64,000 nucleotides of DNA from Laetmonice hystrix (GCA_965235115.1 OZ249452.1:16306001-16370000); one strand, 5' to 3'. Positions 1-12,765 are shown, counted from the stretch's first letter. A program made the numbers and translations. Notes: generated by a model from the letters alone, not told the origin.

Positions 1-1392
1 GGGTGATTCTGTATGTGTGGCCGGGACGGGGACGTGATTGGGGTGATTCTGTATGTGTGGCCGGGACGGGGACGTGATTGGGGTGATTCTGTATGTGTGG
101 CCGGGACGGGGACGTGATTGGGGTGATTCTGTATGTGTGGCCGGGACGGGGACGTGATTGGGGTGATTCTGTATGTGTGGCCGGGACGGGGACGTGATTG
201 GGGTGATTCTGTATGTGTGGCCGGGACGGGGACGTGATTGGGGTGATTCTGTATGTGTGGCCGGGACGGGGACGTGATTGGGGTGATTCTGTATGTGTGG
301 CCGGGACGGGGACGTGATTGGGGTGATTCTGTGGCCGGGACGGGGACGTGATTGGGGTGATTCTGTATGTGTGGCCAGGACGGGGACGTGATTGGGGTGA
401 TTCTGTATGTGTGGCCGGGACGGGGACGTGATTGGGGTGATTCTGTATGTGTGGCCGGGACGGGGACGTGATTGGGGTGATTCTGTATGTGTGGCCGGGA
501 CGGGGACGTGATTGGGGTGATTCTGTATGTGTGGCCAGGACGGGGACGTGATTGGGGTGATTCTGTATGTGTGGCCGGGACGGGGACGTGATTGGGGTGA
601 TTCTGTATGTGTGGCTGGGACGGGGACGTGATTGGGGTGATTCTGTATGTGTGGCTGGGACGGGGACGTGATTGGGGTGATTCTGTATGTGTGGCCAGGA
701 CGGGGACGTGATTGGGGTGATTCTGTATGTGTGGCTGGGACGGGGACGTGATTGGGGTGATTCTGTATGTGTGGCCGGGACGGGGACGTGATTGGGGTGA
801 TTCTGTATGTGTGGCCGGGACGGGGACGTGATTGGGGTGATTCTGTATGTGTGGCCGGGACGGGGACGTGATTGGGGTGATTCTGTATGTGTGGCCAGGA
901 CGGGGACGTGATTGGGGTGATTCTGTATGTGTGGCCAGGACGGGGACGTGATTGGGGTGATTCTGTATGTGTGGCCGGGACGGGGACGTGATTGGGGTGA
1001 TTCTGTATGTGTGGCCAGGACGGGGACGTGATTGGGGTGATTCTGTATGTGTGGCCGGGACGGGGACGTGATTGGGGTGATTCTGTGGCCGGGACGGGGA
1101 CGTGATTGGGGTGATTCTGTATGTGTGGCCGGGACGGGGACGTGATTGGGGTGATTCTGTGGCCGGGACGGGGACGTGATTGGGGTGATTCTGTATGTGT
1201 GGCCGGGACGGGGACGTGATTGGGGTGATTCTGTATGTGTGGCCGGGACGGGGACGTGATTGGGGTGATTCGGTATGTGTGGTCAGGACGGGGACGTGAT
1301 TGGGGTGATTCTGACGTGATTGGGGTGATTCTGTGGCCGGGACGGGGACGTGATTGGGGTGATTCTGTATGTGTGGCCGGGACCGGGACGTG
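1..1392. repeat. 40-bp minisatellite (~35 copies, some 34-bp deletion variants), presumably in Wnt1 intron 2
   Basis: Unit GGGTGATTCTGTATGTGTGGCCGGGACGGGGACGTGATTG repeats with period 40 from base 1; variants lacking 6 bp near 321, 1077 and 1150; decays at ~1390. Confidence 0.97.
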
Positions 1393-2178
1393 CTGGACTT
1401 ACCACCCGGAATGATGCGAAGGGTCGGCCGGTATATAGGAAGGGTGAGGGTACAATGGGAGGATTTGGGGTGAATAAGAGGGGATATCTGAGGCAGGTAT
1501 GGTAGCATACGTTAATCACGGGGCTGGGGGAGGCAAGGGGGCGGGGTCCACTGTCACCGAGGGAGGGGGTGTTCAACGGGGTCGACAGACCATGACGGAG
1601 GGAGGGGTAGAACTCCTGGTTGGGGTGTTACCCCGACATCATTCCCGTGCTTCAATGAAAATCTTAAAAATATGAACGGCCTAGCACGGCTGAGCGCTAT
1701 ATTGAATACTATTTTGTCAGGGAAGCTTGTATCGTATAGTAACTAGTGATCACGTTGTGGTAGCCTCAGGTCTCGCGAGGTAATATACTATATCGTTACT
1801 CCAAGGTATCTTCATCAATCAGTTCGGGACTCATCTGTCTTGATTAGGAGCACGGGGAACTTAGATACTCGCAACACATTCTGAAGGTTAAAAAAAAGTT
1901 TGAGACCAGTTGGACTTAAACTGGCTTGGGCTCCCTTCGCTTTTACAAGTCGAAAACAGCATATAAAAAGAATACAAACAGATAAGGAACAGTTTACTTT
2001 TTTTTTATCTATTTGAATGAAATATCGAGGTCGACTTGCCTTTGTATGAATGGCAGCGTGTTCACTCTGTGTTGATTTCTAACCACGAAACTATGCTTGT
2101 ATTCACAGTATATATTAAAACAATTATACCTTAAGCAATTCGTCCTATATTGTGGTTATTATTTTGTTTTGTGTACAG

Positions 2179-2456
2179 GTTGTCGGGAGACAGCTTTTAT
2201 ATACGCCATCACAAGCGCCGCGGTGGCCCATTCGATTGCGCGCGCATGCAGTGAAGGATCTGTGTACACATGTTCGTGTGGACACAAGGCGGCGCCACCA
2301 GTACCAACAGCTTCCGGTCCTGACTGGGAGTGGGGCGGATGTTCCGACAATGCCGAATATGGCCATAAATTCTCGCGAGACTTCGTGGATGTGATCGAAC
2401 GGGGGCGAGATTTACGATACATGACGAATCTACATAATAACGAGGCAGGCCGAGTG
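2179..2456 (+). CDS. Wnt1: Wnt1 internal coding exon (equivalent of vertebrate exon 3); upstream exons lie outside the window
   Basis: Acceptor ttttgtgtacag|GT, donor GTG|gtaagt. Encodes (G)[33 protein letters not shown]...[47 protein letters not shown]; GCRETAF, CSEGS, GPDW.WGGCSDN and E.GRDLR are Wnt1/wingless-type. Confidence 0.93.
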
Positions 2457-2656
2457 GTAAGTGNNNNNNNNNNNNNNNNNNNNNNNNNNNNNNNNNNNNN
2501 NNNNNNNNNNNNNNNNNNNNNNNNNNNNNNNNNNNNNNNNNNNNNNNNNNNNNNNNNNNNNNNNNNNNNNNNNNNNNNNNNNNNNNNNNNNNNNNNNNNN
2601 NNNNNNNNCGGCTTCATGAAAGGAAATACGGCTACCCAATCTTACATGATTTAGAG

Positions 2657-2799
2657 GAATGAAGCACAGTTGATTTGGACCAGTTTCGACCAGAGTTGGA
2701 TATGAATGAAGCACACTTGATTTGGACCAGTTTCGACCAGAGTTGGATATGAATGAAGCACAATTAATTTGACCAGTTTCGACCAGAGTTGGATATGAA
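2657..2799. repeat. 47-bp tandem repeat, 3 copies
   Basis: GAATGAAGCACAGTTGATTTGGACCAGTTTCGACCAGAGTTGGATAT repeated three times. Confidence 0.9.
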
Positions 2800-5700
2800 C
2801 CATAAAGAATGTCTTTCTTAGTGTTGCCTGCGAGCTACGCTTGAATTATGATACTTTTTAGTTTGTCAAAGTCCATGGAAATGTGGCCTATACCAGACAT
2901 TCATAACAAGTGTTCTTTTTGTTTGTGCTCGCAAGTCGTGGAACTGTCAGGGCGGCAACCCCAGTTTGTTGGGTTTCAGGGTGGTTCGACCCTCAGATTT
3001 AGGTTAGTCTACGGCACATAACTTCTGCGTAAAACATAGAAATAGAATCCCCTCGAGTTCGAGCCGCTTGTGTCTGTCGCCAGGAAGATATATGCGTCCT
3101 TTAGAGCATTTAGTGCGCATGCCTAGCGTTAGGTGCGCATGCGTAGGCGGCTCAGAAGCTGCTCTTCCGACATCAATCCATTGCCAGTTAAAGAACTCGT
3201 CCCGCAAGCCTGTTGGTTTCAATTAGCTAGTTAATTGGCCTGTTTGAGGCATCTCCACCCCACGTGTAGGGGCGGAGCCCTGGCGAGGAGCGTCCAGCGA
3301 CGCCGAAAGGTTCTGAAGGCGAGGCTATAGAACGTAATTAGTCCCCGCGAGAGGGCGCAGCGAGCGTGGCTAATGGGGGACTACCTGGTCTAGGGAACGC
3401 TCGCTGCCAACAGATCAACTTCCGGTTTCCGACAAGGACCAATCCGTGCCAAGGATATGAGCCTACCTCTCAGACCATGGCATGAAAATCAATGTTAACT
3501 TAAAACCATTATACCTTTAGGGGATTGTCCACATTGAAGACATGCCCACACGCATATAAAAATACGAATGACAGTTTCTTACAGTGGCCTGACTTGAAAC
3601 AGAATAATACCACCTGTAGAATACAGGATGTTTCCACCTGCACAATAAAGATCTTACTGGAAAACATTGACAAATGTTTTTATCAGGTTAAAATTTTATA
3701 TCAAAATTAGTTCTTCAGACGCTCTTCAAAAATGTTCTACAGTTTTAGGGGTTTTTTTTTAGCAGTTCGTGACTTCTTAAGCAATCGTGTGAAGGGGGGT
3801 TGGTATACCCCCGGAATACGCAGACACCCCCTCCTCAAACCCCAACCCTACCCAGCTGTCTACCAACCCCGCCAGCCCAGGGTCCTCATACGGGTAAATT
3901 AACCCTTAATTACAGACAAATCCAATAAGAGATAGAGCGCCCGTATAGCTTCGTCTAATTGGTGGATGCATTGGAATTTCAGTCCTATTGGCGTGGAACA
4001 GATTTTAATGCTTATACCACTGGCTGACTGGACTGACTTTGACTGACTATAGTTATAACTATGTCTAATGGCAAGGCCTTCCCAGCAACCCTAATGTCTG
4101 GATTTAAAGAGGTTTAATTGACGTACTGGTATTAGTACTTTGACTAATAGTCGCGTTTGGAAAAATTAACGGATATGTCCGATGACTGTACACCGCGCCA
4201 CCAAGCGGATTTGTGTTGTACTTTGGGTCATGGAGGTATATTTGTGAGCTACGGCCGTGCTAAGTGCGCATGCGCAAACATGCCAAAGCAGACGACAATA
4301 ATGAGGGTTGAATCATGATGAAAATGAAAGTGGGTTTGCTTGAAGGTGTGATGTTTTTGTCGAAGCTCCAACTAGTCATTATAAGGTATCAATCAATTCG
4401 TTTTTATCCTACGTCCTCGCTGAGGAACATCGAAAAATAAAAACATTTAGACAACGTTTCCGGTAAGGACGTTAAGACACAAGCCGTACAAGTCGGCTAC
4501 AACTTGTAAACATGTTCATTTCAAGTAACATGTCCGCAGGAGAGTAAATTTGTAAAAAAATCTTTGAAAGACTACAACGGGAAACGGCCAGAGAAGGATA
4601 GGAGGGAGCAGAAAGGAAATCTACCGCCATCTTGACAGCGCCACTCAAAAGACCATCCCTGTTTGCCGTCCGTGCTGACACTCTACCAGTCGATATGTCC
4701 CGTACAGATACTTGTAATTTGGGACCATTAAAATGTAGAATAGCTGGCGGCACAACGGGGGGCCCACACTGACGTTCGGCGCCCGCGCGCTAACCTATAA
4801 TTAACGCTAGGTGGCGCGCACCTCCCATCCGGGCAACTCGCAAACCCGATCGTGTTAAAGGTGTCATGTCACATAGCTTCCTTTCTCGGCGCCATAAATC
4901 ACCAACACGGGGGACACCCTAATCACCACTTACTTGCACCAATATTTTGAAAGACATCAACAAACCCGCAGTAGGTTATGGAGTCCTAGACAAAACGGTC
5001 ACTTTGCAAGGTCACCCAGGTTGGGGTCGTTCACAGAGGGCGCTGTTGATGCGGCGTCCGTCGTGTCGCTGACGGCACACCTGGTGTCTCAGTAACTGAT
5101 CGCCCCCCAACAATCCGCCGACCAGCGTCTCAGCTCACCCAACCGTGACGCGACGGCTGTAGCTATTTGATTTGCTTTGCCCGAGCTTGCTAACACCTGC
5201 TAATTTCCTGTCGTCATTAGTGGGCTCAAACAGTGATCTCTCGCCATTAGTGAGCTCCTTCGTCCTTGGGGTTACGTCAACAGTAGAGCTGTCAAGTATA
5301 AACGAATCGGCCACAGAAAGATGCCTTGCTGACAACCGATAATTTATAGATCGTCGCTTGCATTAAAACCAGCTAAATGTTTGCGCTACGTGTATTTTTA
5401 TAAAAGTGTTTGTACCTAATTGTATTTTACACCGTTATTTGAAACCAGCAAATACATGTATGCGTCACAGACTCATAATTAAAGGCCAAATAGATAACAT
5501 ACACATTGTAAAGTGGGTCTTTCAATCCACCGGGTGGCGACCAAAGCACTGACACGGTGACATATGGGGAAGAAAATTGATGGAAGGTGAAAAAGAAAAT
5601 CAATTTGTCAGAGAATACGTCAGGTACAAGCCATGATGAAAAAATATATAATGCGCACCATAGATAAATAAATATGAAGTAAAATTAACTGAGATAATAA

Positions 5701-6067
5701 GTTGCCGATGATGATAATACTTGACAAATAACAATAATGATGCCAAGAGAAACAAGTTATAACGGTGTGCGATGCCAGATTGAGTAGGTCTCATATTGTT
5801 TCTTCCCATCACATTTAATCGTCGTCACGGCCTGACAATTAAAGGTCCCCTCTTCCATCTCCACAGACCGGTCGAGGCTGCCTTTAGTTTTCACAACTCG
5901 CCGCCGAGTTCAAGCGCCCCCTATTGTCAGCGTTCGGCGGTTCACTGCGCCGTGCCTGCGGTCACTTTGATGTCGTTAATGACGGCTAAGATACACCAGG
6001 TGGCGCTCGTAGATCAGCGTTCTGGTCGTGAGATTGAGGCGTAGTTAGATGATCAAAGTGTGCAGGT

Positions 6068-6505
6068 AGATTCGGTAGATATGTCATAGAGATTCGGTAG
6101 AGATGTCATAGAGATTCGGTAGATATGTCATAGAGATTCGGTAGATATGTCATAGAGATTCGGTAGATATGTCATAGAGATTCGGTAGATATGTCATAGA
6201 GATTCGGTAGAGATGTCATAGAGATTCGGTAGATACGTCATAGAGATTTGGTAGAGATGTCATAGAGATTCGGTAGAGATGTCATAGAGATTCGGTAGAT
6301 ATGTCATAGAGATTCGGTAGATATGTCATAGAGATTCGGTAGAGATGTCATAGAGATTTGGTAGAGATGTCATAGAGATTCGGTAGATATGTCATAGAGA
6401 TTCGGTAGATATGTCATAGAGATTTGGTAGAGATGTCATAGAGATTCGGTAGATATGTCATAGAGATTCGGTAGATATGTCATAGAGATTCGGCAGAGAT
6501 GTCAT
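6068..6505. repeat. 22-bp minisatellite (~20 copies), Wnt1 intron
   Basis: Unit AGATATGTCATAGAGATTCGGT with T/G variants. Confidence 0.95.
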
Positions 6506-6918
6506 ATAGTTACGTGGTGTCAACGCGCCATTGTTTTATCTGAGGCTATGGCAACGTGTTGTGGCTGCCTAGATCATTTCCTATACTGTCTAAATTTAGT
6601 TCTTGCATATACATGTACATGTACTAGGTTTTGTATAGACCCATATATATGTCCGATTGCGGCGGGGGGGGGGGGGGACTGTCCTGTGATATATTTCTTA
6701 ACGCCAGATTATTCAGATTATTTTTGCGATGGAGAGGATTTTTGCGGGGGGAGATTGTGTTATTCGAAGTTCTTAAGTTAAACATGGGCGTGGCTTCTGT
6801 AGAGATTAAAGAATGGCGTTATGTAATATGAAATCTCTCTCTCTCTCTCTCTATCTCGCTCTAATAGGTCTCGCTCTATGACTTACTAAAACAAAGATTG
6901 GTTTACTTGTCCTTGCAG

Positions 6919-7069
6919 CACGTCAGTTCGAGGATGCAGCAGGAATGTAAGTGTCATGGCATGTCCGGAAGTTGCGCAATTAAAACGTGTTGGATGCGCC
7001 TCCAGCACTTCCGGGAGATCGGTTACCAGCTGAAGGATCGCTTCGACGGCGCTTCCCGAGTTTACCAAG
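6919..7069 (+). CDS. Wnt1: Wnt1 coding exon containing the lipidation motif
   Basis: Acceptor ccttgcag|CAC (phase 0), donor CAA G|gtcagt (phase 1). [50 protein letters not shown]; CWMRL and DRFDGASRV are Wnt1-type. Confidence 0.93.
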
Positions 7070-7199
7070 GTCAGTCAAGGTCACTCCATCTCATTCACGA
7101 ACTCTACCTCTTGTGGAACCTTAGATTGTTTACCAAGTCGGATGTCCTAGAGTTTTGTCTTTAACACCTCGTTTAAAGTTAACTTCTTCTTTTTTTCAG

Positions 7200-7543
7200 G
7201 GAATTCGGGAAACGCGATCAGGGACCGGAAAAGTTTGGTGAAGAATAATCTACTTCCGGTTAACCCGAACCATAAAGCGCCAAGCGCGCGAGATCTCGTC
7301 TACTTCGAGAATTCACCCAATTTTTGCGACCCGAGCAATGCGATTGGCTTCAAGGGCACCAGGGGGCGCCCCTGCAATGCGACCTCTATCGGCCTGGATG
7401 GGTGTGACTTGATGTGTTGTGGCCGGGGCCACAGGGCTGAGACATACATGGCCAGAGAACGGTGTAACTGCACTTTTCATTGGTGCTGTGAAGTTACCTG
7501 TCAGATATGCACTCGGCAACGAATGCGGTTTTTGTGTTTGTGA
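7200..7543 (+). CDS. Wnt1: Wnt1 terminal coding exon
   Basis: Acceptor ttttttcag|GG completes the phase-1 codon; [43 protein letters not shown]...CCGRGH...[28 protein letters not shown] (TGA 7541-7543). Confidence 0.93.
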
Positions 7544-8425
7544 TTTTTACTTAGATTCCCTATAAACTGCATTCGCTGAAGAAAGCCCCAACCTCAAAGT
7601 TAGAGTGAAGTGTGCCACATTCCTTGCCAAGGCTGCGAACGGCACACTGCTTGCTTCGAACTCATCTTGTAAGTGAATATGGAGTCCAGACAGACACATG
7701 TCTAGACAGACGTCTAGACAAACGTCTAGACAGACAAGAAACGTGTGAATTCGGATTACGTGGACGGACGTGACGTCATTGTATGACGTCATAATAACAG
7801 ACTATTGTTGGATACGTATCTTCCTTATGTTACAATCATTTGTTTTAGATGTTGTTTCTTCTACGTTTGTCTGTAAATGTAAATAATGCCGGGGTTTCAC
7901 TGTACATACATCTACATGAAGGCGGGATTCAATAATGTGCCAATATTATTAGATAGTGTCTGCAAACGCTGGAGTATCAGATGTGTATATTAAGTTATTT
8001 ATTTATTTCAGTTATGCACTCTTGTACAGAGGAACACGATTTCCGCTCCTTCGAATTCCTTAATTGTGCAGGAACTTCGAAGATTTTTCATCTTCCTGGA
8101 AGAATTTTTAATGCAAACGATTAAATCTTAACTGTAACATGAGTAGGCTCCTCTACACGGAAAATATTTGCATATTGCATAATAAGTTCTTCGAAGTCAT
8201 TTAGGGGAATCAGTTAATTAAAGAGAATGACACGCCTTATACATAATGATGGAGATTGTAAAGACGTGGTCATACCATCTGCAGCTTTGTTGGTGAACAC
8301 GTTTGTGCATCAACAAGCTACTTTAGATTTGCTTAATCGTTCGCAATGAAAGCAGTGACCTGAAGACGACTATTGCGCACTTCAAACGACGATATTATTA
8401 TTTCCTATTAGTGTCTCTGTAACAA

Positions 8426-8483
8426 TGTAACTGGTGAAACGGTAACTGGTGAAACGGTTACTGGTGAAACGGTTACTGGTGAA
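8426..8483. repeat. 15-bp tandem repeat, ~4 copies
   Basis: ACTGGTGAAACGGTT repeats; source of the spurious VTVSP ORF. Confidence 0.9.
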
Positions 8484-9043
8484 ACGGTTACTGGTGAAAC
8501 GGTTCCAGTGCCAAACATGCGCTGTGCGATATAACCTTTCTGGCCACAGACACTGGAGAAAACGGTTCTGACATCTCCGATCAGGACTGAGACGCCTGCC
8601 TGGAGGAAAGGATGTAGATGGGCACTGGAGGATTCGGTAATCCTTACCATGCCATGTATAAAGATATTATAGGTAGTGGAGGAATTAACCATCGTTTTTT
8701 GTATTGTTATGTTGCGTTCACAAAGTGGCTGTTTCAATATTACACATAACTGAAAATAGACTGTTGTGTAGATAAATTGAGGCTAGCTGGCCGCAAGGTC
8801 AGCATAATATTTCACCTCTTTCTCAAGAACTGATCCTACTTGGCACGCCAATAAGGGGGGGGGGGGCGTGGCTCCGAAGGGGTTGTGGTAAACTCATTTC
8901 CCAACGGGGGGTTTCAACTCCCACCCCTCTAGATTCTTACTTTTTACATTTGAGGCTTCTGTGTAGTCTCCAATTCGGATGGTGTTCATTGTCAATGTGT
9001 ATACATAATTATACCTATCATGATATACACACAAACACATTAC

Positions 9044-9067
9044 TTTATTGTGTTTTGATAAAATAAA
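9044..9067. terminator. Candidate bidirectional polyadenylation site for Wnt1 and Wnt6
   Basis: TTTATT at 9044-9049 (AATAAA on minus) and AATAAA at 9062-9067 (plus); by eye each is the first canonical hexamer downstream of its gene's stop codon. Confidence 0.45.
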
Positions 9068-9513
9068 AATTTTGGAACATGCTCGATGTTATCCTGTGGT
9101 GTATTACTTGATCGTACACCAACATCTCGTCATCGTAAGAAGATGAAAATCATCACGACTAAGGACCAACACATACACTGCGACTGCTTGCAACTCGTGA
9201 GACCGTCGTGCGACGAGTAATCGCAGTGTGTGTTGGCGGCACAACGTTATTGGCCTGTTAGTTTATAGATTGCCCACAAGGTGGCCACTAGACGGACTAA
9301 TTGTAATATTTTATCGGAGCGGACGTACAGTATTTATCTTATCACGAGCCTACATGAAGTATATTTGCTATTTGTAGGGCCCTAAGTTCAATGTGCAAGG
9401 AGTCGTCAAATATTTCGAAATCAAATGCAATATTGTTGTGTTACTAGTAGTGGCGTTGATGATGTGCTCGTGCTGCCGCCTGGCGATAAAATGGAACCGA
9501 GTTGTTCTGGCCT

Positions 9514-9762
9514 AACCAAGATATTTGACGTTATGATGATTGGGATTTGTCGCAGCGACTGTTCTGTTAACCAAGATATTTGACGTTATGATAATTGGGA
9601 TTTGTCGCAGCGACTGTTCTGTTAACCAAGATATTTGACGTTATGATAATTGGGATTTGTCGCAGCGACTGTTTGACGTTATTATAATTGGGATTTGTCG
9701 TTTGACGTTATGATAATTGGGATTTATGATAATTGGGACGTTATGATAATTGGGATTTGTCG
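9514..9762. repeat. 55-bp tandem repeat followed by progressively truncated copies
   Basis: AACCAAGATATTTGACGTTATGATAATTGGGATTTGTCGCAGCGACTGTTCTGTT at 9514, 9569 and 9624, then shortened units. Confidence 0.85.
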
Positions 9763-10502
9763 CGGATAATATTTGGGAATGCGACAAACCGACTTCACTA
9801 CCTTTTTAATGCTGCTCTACAGGCGATTTGAATTTCCGTAATCCATTGATTGTTCCAACGAATTATTCGAGTTTGGAGGCCTATATATGATCATCCATCT
9901 AGTCACCTACACTAGACCGGTTGTAGTTATTACGGCATGTAACTACGGTGCGACTGGCAACTCGCCATTTTAAAAAAGGTGGAGTTTTTGGTAGGAGCAC
10001 GGGGAGCTGAGCTCCCCTAGATAAACATACTAAGTTTTCAGGGGGCTGAGGAGGGGGGGGGGGGGTAAAAGGATCATGTCCAGTTGAAAATGTTTGTACC
10101 GCTCGAACGTTTGATGGTGCGTTTTTCTTGGCTGGAATGTAAAGGAGTCTGACAACATTCTAACAGTGAAAGTATAAGTTGTATGTAATTAAAACGAATA
10201 GAATTAGCAAAGGCTTTAATGACGGTTACTTGGACAGTCTTTGCCTTGGTAACATAGACTGGCCAGTGATATCATCAGACTCATATTCACGTATGAGCCC
10301 CCCCCCCCCCCCCCACCAAGCGCCTTAGATATTTCCCCCCGTCTTCATGGCTATCGTTAGTCGTGTGATATGGATTGAAAAATGACAATTGAAAAACGAC
10401 AATCAATATTTTTACGATTCTGAAAAAATGCTAACTCAACACGTAAAGCGCATTGCATCTCCTCAGAAGGATACAAACGTTCACGAAATATTACGATATT
10501 TG

Positions 10503-10737
10503 TCTGTGACCTTGGTCCGAGTCTGTGACCTTGGTCCGAGTCTGTGACCTTGGTCCGAGTCTGTGACCTTGGTCCGAGTCTGTGACCTTGGTCCGAGTCT
10601 GTGACCTTGGTCCGAGTCTGTGACCTTGGTCCGAGTCTGTGACCTTGGTCCGAGTCTGTGACCTTGGTCCGAGACTGTGACCTTGGTCCGAGTCTGTGAC
10701 CTTGGTCCGAGTCTGTGACCTTGGTCCGAGTCTGTGA
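10503..10737. repeat. 19-bp minisatellite, 12 copies
   Basis: Unit TCTGTGACCTTGGTCCGAG, period 19. Confidence 0.96.
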
Positions 10738-11222
10738 TCATTAAGTACGCACTCCTATAGCCGAACATTAAAACATGAACAAGCCAGCGTGAGTCGAGAC
10801 ACTCCCTATGTCTGTACATATACCACCAGAGGGGCGCTTTCCCACGGTGGTTAAACCATCCGGCATCTTGTTAACAAGTCACGTGACCCTCCAGCGTCTC
10901 GCCATCCACGTGAACGTTCAGCGCCTCGTTGTAAGTTTGGCCTCGTATCGTCTGCGGCTGACGTGGTCACGTGACCAGCTAAATGCTGGAGTCGGATATA
11001 ATTATCATGTCGACTTGAAATCGTCTGCATTTCAAATGTTTCTCAAATCAGACCTGCGAATCCAAGAGATTGGGGAAATTGGCTTCATTTAAAAGTCGCT
11101 GCTCGAACTTCAGCACCAAAGAAACAAACAAAAAACATCACATTTTGAGTAAATTCCGTATGGGACGGAGCGTTCCTGCTGTGCTTCCAACGTCATAGAC
11201 ATCGATGGACGACTTTGTGACG

Positions 11223-11684
11223 TCATAGACATCGATGGACCACTTTGTGACGTATGCATGACTGGCACGTGACCTCGCAACACCAATGGAAGCGACACTT
11301 GCAGTTCTCGCGAATCGTCACCGTTTTTCGGCGAGATCCTCTCCCACAACAGAGCAGTTCACAGCCCTCGGTCCTCTGTGACCTGGGGTCACACACACGA
11401 CCTTTTGTCCCTAGAGATCCAACCCTCCGATTGGCCACGCAAAAATTTGGAGACTGCTCTGTGTAGACTATATCCTCCTGTGCTGGCGGTTTTATTTTAA
11501 CGCCCTCAGGAAGCAATGACTTGCCGTCGTTGGAACCAATCACTTTGGAGGCGCTGTCAAATTTGTCTTTGAGATGATTGCCTATTTGACGAAAACTAGG
11601 CATTGTCTGCCAGCAGGTCTTGGTGGCGCAAGACCCAGAAAGCCCGTGACATTTACAGACGGGTTTCATATAGTTAATCACAGC
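11223..11684 (-). CDS. Wnt6: Wnt6 exon 5 (terminal)
   Basis: Acceptor tttcag|GCT; AVINYMKPVCKCHGLSGSCATKTCW...ASKVIGSNDGKSLLP...[22 protein letters not shown]; CHGLSGSC and G.NDGK.LLP are Wnt6-type. Confidence 0.92.
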   Translation of the reverse strand, partial: AVINYMKPVCKCHGLSGSCATKTCWQTMPSFRQIGNHLKDKFDSASKVIGSNDGKSLLPEGVKIKPPAQEDIVYTEQSPNFCVANRRVGSLGTKGRVCDPRSQRTEGCELLCCGRGSRRKTVTIRENCKCRFHWCCEVTCQSCIRHKVVHRCL

Positions 11685-11992
11685 CTGAAACAAGTCCAAG
11701 GTCATCATGAACAAAGGTCACAGTCTGATCAATCATTACCAGATCGTACAACTTTAGGTCAGAGTTGTAAACCATCCGGGAAGGGAGAGAATAAAAGGGT
11801 AGATAAAAGTACGGAGAAAGATCGAAAAAGGCAGAAAATGGCTGAGGACAATGATGCCCTTTTGTACATCTTATGTTACTGAATTTACAGTTGGTTCTAC
11901 CTTGGGCAATAGTTACGCTTAATTATATACACATAAGTAGATATAGAAGTTATACACCCGTGCACCAACACCTATACACAGATACATACATG

Positions 11993-11995
11993 TAC

Positions 11996-12042
<47 letters not shown>

Positions 12043-12056
12043 GGCAGACAGACAGA
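11993..12056. repeat. (ACAG)n microsatellite in Wnt6 intron 4
   Basis: Direct reading. Confidence 0.9.
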
Positions 12057-12069
12057 TATTCTTACATAC

Positions 12070-12231
12070 CAGACGACCTGCCTCACTGTTGTGGAGATGA
12101 ACCAGTGTTTTGATATCATTTCGACGTCCCCGCCGTCGGATATCTATGAACCTTTTCGACTTCACGTAGCCGTAATCTTTAAAAGTGTTTTCACACCCTC
12201 CCCACCTCCACTCCCCCTTGTGGCAGGAGCA
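12070..12231 (-). CDS. Wnt6: Wnt6 exon 4
   Basis: Polypyrimidine tract ttttctatttctttctttctggcgcag|TGC, donor CTG|gtatgt; 162 nt, phase 0/0; CSCHKGEWRWGGCENTFKDYGYVKSKRFIDIRRRGRRNDIKTLVHLHNSEAGRL. Confidence 0.9.
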
Positions 12232-12649
12232 CTGCGCCAGAAAGAAAGAAATAGAAAATCAGCACACTTTCATGTTCACATAATTTTACAAGTATCAGAT
12301 TCGCGAGGGAATAGGCTGCAGGGAGTGGCTCAAAAGTATACCTACAGTACAATAACATTGTGTCGCTACATTTTAACCATTCTGTAGGTATAATGTCTCT
12401 ATCTTATCATCACTATAGAAATTCGGTACAAATGAGCCGGTGAAATAATGAGAAAACACACAATAAAAGGGTCTACTTAGCCGCAATCTCTGAGGGAATA
12501 CTGAGCTGGTCCTAGGGTATCTCTCCGTAGTAGTATTAGTTGCACTTAGTAGAATTAGTAGTAGTAGGAGCGCATGCGTGTGGTACTGCAATTACAGTAA
12601 ATATGGAAAAGATTGTTTCAGTAAGAAATGTGGTAGTAGGCCTAGTAGT

Positions 12650-12675
12650 ATGGCAGCAGCAGCAGAAGTAGTAGC

Positions 12676-12722
<47 letters not shown>

Positions 12723-12765
12723 GAGCAGCAGCAGCAGCAGCAGCAGCAGAAACAGCAGCAGCTAC
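12650..12765. repeat. Compound (GCA)n/(GTA)n trinucleotide microsatellite in Wnt6 intron 3
   Basis: Direct reading. Confidence 0.9.

Noticed and set aside
1400-2178. Wnt1 exons 1-2 or a Wnt9 gene within the window
   Set aside because: No ECQ.QF..RWNC-type exon or signal-peptide exon found upstream of 2179, and no fourth set of Wnt exons on either strand; these must lie outside the window.
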